Positions 24,537 through 35,193 are shown, numbered from the stretch's first letter. The stretch is DNA of 64,000 bases from an uncultured delta proteobacterium (GCA_963713045.1 CAVQKE010000003.1:1-64000); one strand, 5' to 3'. Program-made: numbers and translations. The notes: generated by a model not told the origin, from the letters alone.

Positions 24537-25072
24537 GCGTTACTGGGGCAAGCATGCACCACTCGAAGACGATGAGTCGCCTTATGTTTCCTCGGGCATC
24601 TGGTGCCATAATCAGGAGCATCGTACCGCTGATATCGATGATCTCGACAGCCGTATCACGCTGCCAGACTTCAGGGTCAACAGCACATGTCCGTGCCCTA
24701 TGCGGAAGGCGTACCGGGTGCCGAACTTGGCAAGCTACTGTTCGCACCGCTCCGGCTTAGGTCGTGCCGATCTGTGCACTAGCGGCAGAATGCGAACGGG
24801 TCACACGACATCGGACGCAGCGATTCTCGGCACATAATCCGCCGAATCATATTTAGGCTGCGTAATGACGACGTGCCATGCGAAAGGACTCACATGAGAG
24901 AAGATCTGAGATGCTATCTCGACTGCACCCAGTCGCGATGAGACAACGCTCCCAACGGCAGCAGTCTGGCATTGCATCATCTCGTGGGCCTCAAATGACT
25001 GGAATACGACCATTGTGCCAAATATCGTAGCCGAAACAACTCCTCCGCATCGGAAGTCGACGATCAGTTTAC

Positions 25073-25224
25073 TTGGGGACTCTGTCCCCAAACCCCTGGG
25101 ATTTATCGCTTTAGCGCCAGAATGGCTGCCTGGCTTGCGGAGCGGCTGGCGCCGCCCCGAGCCATTCCGGCCGCTGAGTCGGCGCTCCGGTCGCATCCCT
25201 GCGTTGCCGTATCCTCCGCCCAGG
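25073..25224. other. Multi-stem structured element inside the IS21 right end (candidate ncRNA or ssDNA structure)
   Basis: TTGGGGAC-tct-GTCCCCAA hairpin; CCTGGG (25095-25100) pairs with CCCAGG (25219-25224); TTAGCG-CCAGAATGGCT pairs with AGCCATTCCGG-c-CGCTGA; internal hairpins GCGGC/GCCGC and CGCA/TGCG. Confidence 0.5.
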
Positions 25225-25374
25225 TGAGGTCAGTATAAACCCGCCAGAGCTGCTCCGCGAAAAAATGTTTGCCCGAGTGACAGTCTCCAGGGTATAAATA
25301 CTCTTGTTCTGGTTCTGCTCCGTTGGCCGGTTTTGAAGTGTCCACTATGGCCGGTTTTCAGATGTCCACCGAGG

Positions 25375-25658
25375 AATAACGGGATCCAGAAAACCGAGCC
25401 GCTATGCGCCGAGTCGAACCATACTCGAAGTCATCAAAACAGGAACAGGCAACACCGATGCTGCTTGTAAGAATCGGATTGGTCAAGGATGGCGCGAAGG
25501 AGATTCATGCCCAGTGTGACACTGCGCCGAAAGGTCCACCTTCGCTACCAGTTTCCTCTGGTGGATTCAAGCCGACCAACAGCGGATTTCCACTCTTTGA
25601 ACCGGGAATAAACGGAACGGTTCTAGACGCGAAGGTTCTCATCCAATCAGTGGGGTGA
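25375..25658 (+). pseudogene. 3' part of the gene interrupted by IS21
   Basis: Removing the IS and one AAT gives in-frame AYLNN-NGIQKTE, followed (frameshifted) by EVIKTGTGNTDAACKN and RIGLVKD...QCDTAPKGPPSLP. Confidence 0.6.
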
Positions 25659-26127
25659 GGGTAACAAGCTCCGATGGTGGTCGCGGACACCGATGACGAA
25701 GGCCAATTCAGGCTTGTGGGATTCCATTACTTGCAAAACTAACCGTTGCGTAGTTACCTTGAAGATGGCTGTGCTGATTATTCGTCCGAGCTAACAGTGC
25801 ATCTCCACGAGCAGACCAAACACGAGCAAGGACAACACACTAGCCCCAAGCCACGTCAAAAACCACGTCACGAACCACTGCAATTTGTTCGGATGCCATA
25901 GATTCGATTCTGTCGGGTATTGATAGGGACGCAACGAAGGTGGCGAACTCGGTGAAGCGGTGCTAACCACTGGCCCCTCATGCTACCTCGCAGCACCAAA
26001 AAGCATATGCCAGTTCTAGAAGAAATGGAAGTACCTAAGCTCGTTTTTCAGCGTTGACAATTTCTTGCATCCAGTTTTGTCTGAGCTGCATCTTTTCTGG
26101 TTCGCCTTGAAAGGAGCGAGACGATTC

Positions 26128-26346
26128 GTGGGTAAAATCTTCAAGTTAAGAAATCGGCGCAGAGCCATTTTGTCTGAGGAGGATCACGGGACCTTAATCC
26201 CCATTCCGGCGAGGGCCACGGTCGTTCTTGTGGGGGGAGACCTCGACGAAGACCAATTCGTCAAGATTCGCTATGGAGGCAGAGTTCTCCTCATGCACTC
26301 CGAAGATCTTCGTAATAGCGGGGAGCTGTTGGGACAATTGCCGTAG
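26128..26346 (+). CDS. Small beta-rich (SH3-like?) hypothetical protein (72 aa)
   Basis: AAGGAG RBS before GTG; MGKIFKLRNRRRAIL...IPIPARATVVLV...VKIRYGGRVLLMHSEDLRNSGE. Confidence 0.7.
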   Translation: MGKIFKLRNRRRAILSEEDHGTLIPIPARATVVLVGGDLDEDQFVKIRYGGRVLLMHSEDLRNSGELLGQLP

Positions 26347-26923
26347 TACCAGTTTCTCGCTTGCCACGTTTTCTGTTGAGCCTGTTATCGCTCGAGATTC
26401 TTACTGATGATGTGCCGCCTTGAGTCTTTGTGCAATGCAATCATCCAGTACAATGTGCCAGGATTCGTCCGTCAGGAAACGGCGAGTCACTGATATTTGA
26501 AACCCGTTCCGAGGCTTCCAGCAACACTACTAAGTGGTACCCTGCATCACACCGACACTAGCCTCGCCTTTTCCGGTTGTGTTTCACCTCGTACGCACGC
26601 CCGCAGTTCTGGCATTCGAGTAGTTCGCTGTATATTGCGGTGCTCTCGACGCTCGCGAGATCCTGCGAATCACAACACGGGCAATGGTAGGTGTCTGACA
26701 TGCTCACGCTATCCTTGCAGATCATGATTTCCCGGCCCTGGGAGTATACTCTGCAGGATTGACGGATTCAATGGTGAGTAGGCCAGATTCGGCACCCAAG
26801 ACCCGCAGTCGATCCCCGGTGTACGTGACTGGCGCAGGAATACTACCGCGATGGATGTCGCATTGAAGCCCCTGAAACAAACTTTAGCCTCTCTACCGAC
26901 ATCAGCAGAAGTAGGAGGGCCAA

Positions 26924-27145
26924 ATGTTCAGAAAACTTGGCATTCTTGGCTTTGCGCTAACAGCGTTCACTCTGCTGGCACCGAGCGTTGCTCAAGCGAC
27001 AGTGGTTTATCACCACCACCACTACTATCACCACCACCGTCGTGGGTATTACTATGGACACGGCCACTGGTATCCCTATCATGGCGCAGGCTATCCGTAT
27101 CGTGGTGGCTACTATGACCGATTCGGGCGGTGGCATCGCGGGTGA
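26924..27145 (+). CDS. Small secreted His/Tyr/Gly-rich protein (73 aa)
   Basis: AGGAGG RBS; signal peptide ending VAQA; YHHHHYYHHHRRGYYYGHGHW...GYYDRFGRWH. Confidence 0.8.
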   Translation: MFRKLGILGFALTAFTLLAPSVAQATVVYHHHHYYHHHRRGYYYGHGHWYPYHGAGYPYRGGYYDRFGRWHRG

Positions 27146-27501
27146 TGTCCAAGGTAGGCTTCGAAACAAAAACAAAGAATCACCCGCAGAGCGGGATCGC
27201 ATCTCTTCACACAGTTTAACTTTCACGGCGTCAAAGGACTTTTTCTCGAACCGTCTGTAAGTTTAACTTGCCCGACCCGAGGGTGAGTGGTCCTCCCCTC
27301 GGGATCGGAGCGATCCCTTAGCTTCCGCACTGAATCAAGCCGTGAGTCAGAAGGGTAGGACTACTTTGAAATAGTTGAGGAAAACTCTAACGTACGACAC
27401 TCAATGGTACGTCGCATTGCCACAGAGGAGCACAGACTATCACTGGAAGCTCGCAGTTCTCGGATCTTCGGTTCTGCCGAACGTCAGCAGAAGATCACTA
27501 G

Positions 27502-28782
27502 CAGGCTGCGGAAAAAGCTCTCTCCGTGAAGCGAGCCCGGCTGTTTTCGTGTTATGAACCAGAGTTTCTGACCGCCGGAACCGCTTTCAGCGGCCAGACG
27601 AGACCTTCAGGCCCGTCTCAGGCAGCCGCGAGCGTGAGATTCCGTAACCGAACCAGGTTGTAGGCCGCCGCTGCGAAGGTGAACATCCAACCAACTCGCT
27701 TCCGCCCGCGATGCTTGGTCTTGCGCAACCCGGCGACGGTCTTGATCCAGCCGAAGATCTCTTCGACACGTTTGCGCTTGCGTTGGCTCACAGCGTAACC
27801 TTGGTGCCGCGTGGTGCGCGCGTCAATCGCGCTCGATCGATGCTGGTGTTTATTCTGGGCCACATGCGGCGTCACGCCGATCGCACGCAAGGACGCCACC
27901 ATCTGCTGCGTGTCGTAGTTTTTGTCGCCGCCCAGTGTGATGCGCCTGTGGCCGCGCCTCACACGCCACGCCATTACCCAAGCCGACTCACGCTCGGCCT
28001 TGCCCGTCGATTTCGTCAGCCGCGTATCCACCACCAACCCGTTGCGATTCTCCATCAACACGTGCGCCATGAAGCTCAGCTTCGACTCGCTGCCGCGCGA
28101 CTTCTTGAATAGCCGCGCCTCTGGATCGGTGGTCGAGCGATGCGTGTCGTTGCGCCGCTCCTCGCCATGAAAGTTTACCGATGGATTGCTGCTTCCAGCA
28201 TTGCTTCCCTCATCGGGTGGCTGGCCCTTGCCGTCCTTGCGTTGAAAGCTCTTGTGCCCGGCCCAGGCTTCGATCAACGTCCCGTCCACCGTGAAGTGAT
28301 CCGCCGAAAGCAACTGACCGGCGCGCGCCTGCTGTAGCACCTGCTCGAAGAATCCATCGGCCACTTCGCTCTTCAACAGCCGCTCACGATTCTTGGTAAA
28401 TACCGTCACGTCCCACACCGCCTCGTCCATATCCAGCCCCACGAACCAGCGATAAAGAATGTTGTAGTCCAACTGCTCCATCAATTGCCGCTCGCTGCGG
28501 ATCGTGTAGAGCACTTGCAGCAGTAGCGCCCGCAGCAACTTCTCCGGCGCGATCGACGGACGCCCATGTTTCGAGTACATCCGCGCAAAACGCGGCGACA
28601 GCCCTTTGAGCGCCTCGTCCACCATCCGCCTCATCGCTCGAAGCGGATGATCCGCTGCAATCCGCGCCTCCGCCGTCCGGTAGCTGAAAATCCCGCCTTG
28701 TTGCTTGTCGTCGCCTCGCATGAAACAAAGACGTTCATTATTGTTTCAAGGTGTCAAGCACAGAGGCTTTTTCCGCAGCCTG
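27502..28782 (-). mobile_element. IS5-family insertion sequence (1281 bp) with 17-bp perfect IRs, flanked by CTAG
   Basis: caggctgcggaaaaagc (27502-27518) and gctttttccgcagcctg (28766-28782); CTAG at 27498-27501 and 28783-28786. Confidence 0.93.
27618..28721 (-). CDS. IS5-family DDE transposase (367 aa, intact)
   Basis: GRPSIAPEKLLRALLLQVLY..SERQLMEQLDYN..RWFVGL, FTVDGTLIEAWA, LGGDKNYD, RKRVEEIFGWIK, AYNLVR. Confidence 0.95.
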   Translation of the reverse strand: MRGDDKQQGGIFSYRTAEARIAADHPLRAMRRMVDEALKGLSPRFARMYSKHGRPSIAPEKLLRALLLQVLYTIRSERQLMEQLDYNILYRWFVGLDMDEAVWDVTVFTKNRERLLKSEVADGFFEQVLQQARAGQLLSADHFTVDGTLIEAWAGHKSFQRKDGKGQPPDEGSNAGSSNPSVNFHGEERRNDTHRSTTDPEARLFKKSRGSESKLSFMAHVLMENRNGLVVDTRLTKSTGKAERESAWVMAWRVRRGHRRITLGGDKNYDTQQMVASLRAIGVTPHVAQNKHQHRSSAIDARTTRHQGYAVSQRKRKRVEEIFGWIKTVAGLRKTKHRGRKRVGWMFTFAAAAYNLVRLRNLTLAAA

Positions 28783-29422
28783 CTAGGTGCCTCAGCATCC
28801 ACAATAAAGCCCTCCAACTTCCAACCTTGGGCGGTAAGGTTTGCGATTCCCGCTCTTGTTCCGGCGACTTTGCCGGGACACGTTCTTCAAGGTAGCTCGT
28901 ACGTTGCAGCATGAGGACATGATGCTGCCATGCTGAGTTTTGAGGGATTTTATCGGAGGGGCGTTACTCGTAGATGATTCCGAAGTGTGGTGACAACAAT
29001 TGACATGCGGTCGAGGCAGAGTCGCTGCTCATAAGCGTCATTCATGCGATGGGTATCATCGACCCGTAGGGGAGGTAAGCCGCGTCGATGGAAACGTACA
29101 AGGTCTTCAGTCCGGCCGCGGCCAACTCATCCAGCTTCAACGGAAGTAGTCAACCGTTCGTTATCATTGCCGGACCAATGCCCCGTTCGACGGTCATCGT
29201 GATTCCAGCGTGTTGCCGAAGCGGCTTGCGTCGATAAATCGCAAGTCCTTTCTTGGCACCTTGCCGTGCGCGAAGTTGCAAAAGTCGCGCGTGGCGTTGC
29301 ACGAGTTTGTGATCCTAATGTTACAGAGAGCCGGACCCCCGCCGGAACAGTTTGAGGATATCGCAGGCTTTTGGGGCGACGGTCTTCATCGAAATGCTCC
29401 GCCGGGGATTGCGCCGCAAGGA

Positions 29423-29851
29423 TCAATATGTTGCGGGGATGGAAAAGTAGTGCGTTCGATCCTCGCTCCAGCGCTCGTCCTCTTCCATCTCGTGAACGAT
29501 ATACCTGGCGACGCGCAGCTTTTGGTTAGGGGTCAATAGAGCCTCAATCTGTCTGCGGGCCTCAAGCCGAACGGCATGCTCCCGGGCGAATACTTTAGCC
29601 ACCGAGAGACTTTCATTTCCGCGTGCCAGCGCAAGCTGGAATGTTTCATACGCGATGATTCGCTCAACCTGCTCATGCTGCGCGTGGGTCAAGTGAATCT
29701 TTGAGAGGACCTGGAGCAATCCGGTTTGAACGTTCTCCAAAGTTGGAATCGGCGCCCAGCCCGTGACAGGTTGGGCCTTGAGGGGCGAGTGAGCAGCTAA
29801 TAAAGCAGCTGCCGCCAAAAGCGCAAGAATTCGTCCGCCAAGTGTTTTCAT
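29423..29851 (-). CDS. Secreted helical protein with LTxxQ motifs (Spy/CpxP-like)
   Basis: Signal peptide; IHLTHAQHEQV and ALLTPNQK motifs; GAGG RBS. Confidence 0.6.
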   Translation of the reverse strand: MKTLGGRILALLAAAALLAAHSPLKAQPVTGWAPIPTLENVQTGLLQVLSKIHLTHAQHEQVERIIAYETFQLALARGNESLSVAKVFAREHAVRLEARRQIEALLTPNQKLRVARYIVHEMEEDERWSEDRTHYFSIPATY

Positions 29852-30089
29852 AAATCCTCGTTTGAATTGGCCGGTTGAGTGTCAGTAGAGTTTAACCGCA
29901 CGTTTGACGGCTTTTTCGGTGGGCAGATTTAATTAATGAGCGTGCAGGCCAGGGGCGAATCCGGTCCTCAAGTTCAACTCGCCTTCTTCAGAAAGGTGCA
30001 CTTCGACGCGATAACGACACAGCTTCCTGGTACCGGCCGGCAACAACATTACTCACGTTCTGCTGAAATTCCCGGCTCAAGGACATTGA

Positions 30090-30534
30090 GCGAGCGGGCC
30101 AATGCGGGCGCACGGACTCCAGAACAGCGATCTCGCGCTTGTCATCGTAGTCCGCCACCGCTCCGCGCCGTTCGGCTTCAATTACGCGATGTGGGCGAAG
30201 TACAACGCGGCCCTCGCGGCGCACGCGAGTTACGAAGATCCCAAGAGCAAGGCGGTTCCGAAGATCAATGTATACAATTCCGGCGAATATGCCGAGTTGG
30301 CGCCCAATCGAGGCACAACACTTGCGGCGCTCGCCAAGCAAGGCGTGCAATTTGCGGTGTGCGCCAACTCCTCGGGCTGTGGCCGGCGCGGTCGCTCGTT
30401 CTGTCGGTGGGAGCGCCGACACAGTCTTCGCCGAGTTAACCTCGAATCTGGTCACCAACGGCCGCATGGTCCCCGCGGGAATCGTCGCCGTCAATCGAGC
30501 GCAAGAACGAGGATATTCTCTGGTGAGTGTGTAA
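30090..30534 (+). pseudogene. 5'-truncated DsrE-like domain protein
   Basis: LALVIVVRH...AMWAKY...LAKQGVQFAVCANS...MVPAGIVAVNRAQERGYS; no evident N-terminus; one frameshift. Confidence 0.6.
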
Positions 30535-30580
30535 TTCCGGGATGGCACGCTCTTTCGCGCGGAGCCAGGAGTGGCAGAAT

Positions 30581-30769
30581 AGCGGAACTAACGGAACCAA
30601 TCAACTCTCTCAACAACTTACAGTGGAACTTCGAATGGAACCGCGCTGGAACCCGGCGGAACTAACCAAGGCCGGCGATGAGAGCGGTTCCGGTCGGCTC
30701 CATGCTGGTTCCGTCCTCAGGTTCCAATGTAATGTATTGATTTGATTGAGTAGTTCCGCTGGTTCAGCC
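30581..30769. repeat. Dyad-symmetric GGAAC/GTTCC array with two inverted IHF-like sites
   Basis: GGAAC at 30584, 30593, 30625, 30637, 30648 and 30658; GTTCC or variants ending at 30691, 30701, 30712, 30725, 30757 and 30766; AATCAAtacaTTA on the minus strand (30730-30742) and TCTCAAcaacTTA on the plus strand (30608-30620). Confidence 0.75.
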
Positions 30770-30822
30770 AGAACGCGCCTGACGACCGTCCGTTGGCAGG
30801 TGGACCGGCCACAGGGCTTCGC

Positions 30823-33800
30823 TCAAGAGCAAAGGATGCCCTGAAGCAAGTTCACGAGGTCGCCAAGTTGAAAAGGCTTTCTGATGAAGTGTTCGACTCG
30901 CAGCCCCGCGAAACTGGCATCGACGGTCTCCTTGGAGTAGGCGCTGGTGAGAACGACCTTTAGGTTGGGTCGAACGCGCTGGGTCTCTTCGAAGATCTCC
31001 CGGCATGACATGCCTGGCAAGGTGACGTCCAGCAGAACCAGGTCGATGTCATCTCCGCCTGCGCGAATCAGCTCCATGGCGGCCGATCCATCGCATGCCT
31101 CCAAGATCAAAAAACCTGTTCTTGCCAACACCTTCGAGATCGCGTGCCGCAAGACCTCTTCATCCTCGACGACAAGGATGGTTTCGGCCCGAGGATTGGA
31201 TTGCTCCGCCCGAGCGGGGCTGATAGCGCGCTGGATTGCCGAAGCCCTGGCCGAAGCCCTGGACGAAGCACACGACAGCAAGACTTGAAATGTCGTCCCC
31301 TGGCCGGGAGCGCTCGCCAGATTGATGGCGCCGCCGTGCGCGCGGACGATCCCTTGGACCACGGCCAGCCCCAAGCCGCGGCCCGCGAATTTGGTTGTGT
31401 AGAACGGATCAAAAATCTTTGTTCTTGCCTCCTCGGCGATGCCGCAGCCAGTATCGGAAACTTGCAGCCGCACGTAGTCGCCCTCGGGCAAGTCCGCCTC
31501 ACCGTTCGGGGCTAAATTCTTTCCCCCGCTGACGTACTCCGTGGTGACGTTGATCACTCCTTCCCTCTCTCCGATCGCTTCCGATGCGTTGATAATCAGA
31601 TTCATCACCACCTGCCGGATCTGCGCCGCACTGCCCCACATAGGGGGCAGGTTCTTCTGGAGATTAGTCGTCAAGACTGCATGTTTGGAGATGGAGACCT
31701 TCAGTAGCTCCAACATTTCTGCCACCAGCCGTGACACATCTACGGGCTCGACATTGTTGGCTTGGTCCTGTCCCGCGTAGATCATCAATTCACGAACGAT
31801 CTCCGCGCCCCGAGTCGCGCCGGCCTTGATCCTGTGGAGTTCGTCAATAAGGGCAGAGCACGAAGACAAGTCCATCTCCATGAGTTCCGCCTCCGCCAGG
31901 ATGCCCCCCAGCAGATTATTAAAGTCATGAGCGATGCCGCTCGCCAGTATTCCCAGGCTCTCCAGTTTCTGTCTGGCTAGGGCTTGCTCCTGCGCACGCC
32001 GAGAATTGGTGATGTCCTGACACGCACCAAACATGCGCACTATTGATCCCTCTTCATCCAGTAACACCTCCCATGTGCAGGAAATCGTCCTCAAATCACC
32101 GTTAGGATGAGCAATCTGATACTCGACGGAGTGCCCAATCTTGTTCTCAAGAGAGTCTCTGATCAGTCGTTCCACTCGGTCTCTGTCCCATGGCGTGAGG
32201 TCTTGCAGAAATCCCTCATAACTCGGCGTGTAATCCTGTGGCTTCCAGAAGATTCGAAACATCTCCTCGGAACCAGATACACGGTTGGTCGGAATGTCCC
32301 ACTGCCAATGACCCACATGCGCGAGTCGCGCTGCATTCCTTAGATGCCATTCGCTCTCGCGTAACAGCTCCGCCGCTCTAACCTGCTCGGTAATGTCCTG
32401 AGTTGCCCCCGTGATACGAACCGGTACACCTTGATCGTCTCTGATAGCTCGAACAATTGAGCGCACAAACCGCGTTTCGCCGTCCGGCCGGATGATTCGG
32501 TACTCCACCTCAACAGGTGCGATACTCGAACGAACTTTGTCGTCGATCTCCAGGATCTTTCCTCGATCCTTGGGGTGGATACAGGTCAGAAAAGTCGTAA
32601 GGTTACTTGGAGCGACACTCGCCAGCCCAAGAATCCGAAGCATCTCCTCGGACCAGTGGATCGTGCCACTTTCAATGTGCCGTTCCCAACTCCCGACCTT
32701 GGCGAGATGCTGCGCCTCCATGAGCTGGGCCTCGCTAGCACGCAGCCGCTCTTCGATCAGCTTGCGCTCGGTTATGTCCTCCACCACGGAAACGAAATAT
32801 TGCGGCAGGTCTTGCTGATCCCCGAACCACAGATACACACACCTTCGCCCAAACGGTGGCACCGTTCTTGTGCAAATAACGTTTCTCCGCCGACCACGAT
32901 GAGATCTCGCCGGCCAGGAACTGACGGAGCGCTGCTATATTCTGTATGCGGTCGTCCGGATGCGTAATGTCCAGGAACGTCTTCCCGCGCAGTTCGGCAT
33001 GTGTATACCCGAGGATCTCGCAAAGTCGGTCGTTCACGAGCAGCCATTCACCCTCAACGCTGGTCTGGGCAATGCCGACGGCGGCCTGATAGAACGTGGC
33101 GCGGAATCGTCGCTCACTATCTCGAAGGGCGCGCTCCGCCTGCACCATCTCGGTGATATCCTCAACGACACCTATGAAATATTGCAGCCGATTGTCGGCA
33201 TCCCACACCGGGTTTACAAACACCCTCGTCCAAACCTCTGAACCGTCTTTGCGAATATAGCGCTTCTCTTCCGAATAAGATGGGATCTCACCTGTCAGAA
33301 GCTGCTTGACTGCAACCATACAAATTTGCTGGTCGTCAGGGTGCGTGAGTTCGAAAACGGTCTTTCCCTGGAGTTCGGCGCGTGTGTAGCCGACGATCTC
33401 ACAAAAACGATCGTTGACGAGCAACCATTTTCCGGTGGAGTCGCACTGCGTGATTCCAACGGTAGCTTGAAAGAACGTGGCGCGAAAACGATGCTCGCTT
33501 TCCTGAAGAGCGCGCTCTGCCTGAACTTTATCGGTGATGTCCTCCGTCACCGCGGTGAAGTATTTCGGTAGGTTATCCTGATCCCGAACCAGCGATCGAT
33601 TGAGCCTCCCCCAAAAGACGGTTCCATCCTTGCGGATATAGCGCTTCTCCATCGTATGCGCGGAGATCTCACCTGCCAAAAGCTTGCGACGTCCAGCGAG
33701 CGACTCGGCGATATAGTCCGGGTGCGTGATGTCCTGCAACGTCTTGGTGCGCAGTTCGGATAGGGGGTAGCCGAGCATTTGGCAGAACCGGTTGTTCACA

Positions 33801-33928
33801 AGCAGCCACTCGCCATCGAGCCCGATTTGGGCAATGCCGACAGCCGCTTGAGCGAAGATTGCTTGAAATCGTTCGTCGCTTTCGGTCACGGCCTCGGCGC
33901 GCTTACGCTCGGTTCCTTCTGAGCTCAT
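30823..33928 (-). CDS. Multi-PAS hybrid sensor histidine kinase with receiver domain (frameshift near 32830)
   Basis: Three tandem PAS/PAC repeats (RF.A.F.QA.VGI.Q), two PAS_3-like domains, H-box ASGIAHDFNNLL, QVVMNLIINASEA, DTGCGI, FDPFYTTK..GRGLGL, receiver ILVVEDEE...LLDVTLPG...KPF. Confidence 0.92.
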
Positions 33929-34419
33929 ATCTTCTTGGCCGGGCAAAAAACGCCCGATGGTCAGCTAAAGGTGATTATACGGCGTGAATCTGTTCGCTGT
34001 TGACTCTCGTGGCTTACGACTAGCAACCGTCTGGAGCGCGCCACCCCGGTCCTCAAAATGGAACCTTTCCGTGCCAAGCAGTGGCACGAGAAAGAGCATG
34101 CTCTGCTGCCGTGATGCGCTTGAACCGGAGCCATATCAACCAGACCTTTGTCTTTCGGCGTATTTGAGTGCCCACGTAATATACACCAGCGACGATCGCC
34201 TCTCGGTTAACATGAAGACCGTCCATCATAGCTCCACCGTTCATGTAGAGCTAACGCAAGCGCGAACAGGCACAGCAATCGGGGTCACCAACTGGGCGCT
34301 GAGCGCCTGCTCTCAAACAACTCACGCTGACCCTTATATTGAAGGCATCGTCGCCGAAGCCCTCAGGCACACGCCTATGTTTGCGAGCCCTGTGGCGCTG
34401 TGCCGGGCGCACGCGCAGC

Positions 34420-34656
34420 GGCTTCACGCCAGAAGTGCGGGAGTCGCTCATCGCCGGTTCCGCGGGCTTGAGATCGTCGAGTGCCCATTCGCAAATCTGC
34501 CGGAGGCTCGGAGCGGACGTTGGGGCGAGGGACTCACGGCAGCGAAGATGAAAAACTGCCGGTGGCTGAAGCCGGTGCTTGTTGCTCGGTTGGAGTTCGT
34601 CGAGTGGACACCGGACAAGCACTTCCGGCATTCGCGGTTCATCGGATTAAGGGAGG
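34420..34656 (+). pseudogene. C-terminal OB-fold fragment of an ATP-dependent DNA ligase (LigD-like)
   Basis: CPFANLPEARSGRWGEGLTAAKMKNCRWLKPVLVARLEFVEWTPDKHFRHSRFIGLRE; no adenylation domain upstream. Confidence 0.8.
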
Positions 34657-34932
34657 AAATGATCGCGCTTAGGTTAGGGGCGAGCGTTGATCGTCTAGTC
34701 GATTTATGTCCAGCACATTCGCACCCCAGCTTTCGCCGTGAAGCTGGCCAATCTACGACACGCCGACTATGCGCTCGTGTGAATTGCGCAGTCTCCGCTA
34801 ACCACGTTTCGCAGCCGAAAACGCGTGCCGCAACGAATTCAGCGAGAAAAGCGGACATGCGCTTCCATCGATGGTCAACCTACACCAATAGTGAGATGGT
34901 TGAGCAAGCGCACGCCCGTTCCTTTGGTGTTA

Positions 34933-35193
34933 CTAGTTCTTTCGCTCGGTTCTCCTATGTTCGCGACGGCTATGGCCTGCTCCGATGACCGCGCCCTTGG
35001 CCGCGTTCCCGCCCAGGGCTCCGATTGCGGCACCCTTTGCCGCACCGCTAGCTTTAGGGTGGTGAGTCTGTGTCGCCGCTGGTGGCGGTTGTGCGGGTGG
35101 TGTGTGCGCGGGTGGTGTTTGCGCTAGTGCTGCAGGCACTACTCCACCGGAGAGTGCCATCAGCAGGGACATAACCCTTGCTGAGTGTTTCAT
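34933..35193 (-). CDS. Small secreted glycine-zipper protein (86 aa)
   Basis: AGGAGG RBS; signal peptide; Pro-rich linker; GAAKGAAIGALGGNAAKGAVIGAG. Confidence 0.75.
   Translation of the reverse strand: MKHSARVMSLLMALSGGVVPAALAQTPPAHTPPAQPPPAATQTHHPKASGAAKGAAIGALGGNAAKGAVIGAGHSRREHRRTERKN

Larger units (their letters stand above)
22126..25374 (+). mobile_element. IS21-family insertion sequence (3249 bp) with ~55-bp imperfect terminal IRs and an AAT duplication
   Basis: Left end cctcggcggacacccaaaaccggccatcggtggacacctgaaaagcggccaacgg; reverse complement of right end cctcggtggacatctgaaaaccggccatagtggacacttcaaaaccggccaacgg; AAT at 22123-22125 and 25375-25377; encodes istA and istB. Confidence 0.93.

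Noticed and set aside
27005..27070. (CAC)n/TAT repeats as a CRISPR or microsatellite array
   Set aside because: They are His/Tyr codons of a small gene; there is no repeat-spacer structure and no cas genes.
27271..27310. Intergenic GC hairpin as an ncRNA (similar hairpins at ~36116-36139 and ~55723-55742)
   Set aside because: Single short stems are common in GC-rich DNA, and there is no further structure or repeat copy.
32960..33900. Three ~375-bp tandem repeats as a separate repeat element
   Set aside because: Explained by consecutive PAS domains of the kinase.
33984..34988. 334-aa ORF as a full DNA ligase
   Set aside because: Only ~75 codons resemble a ligase; the flanks have no recognisable motifs.
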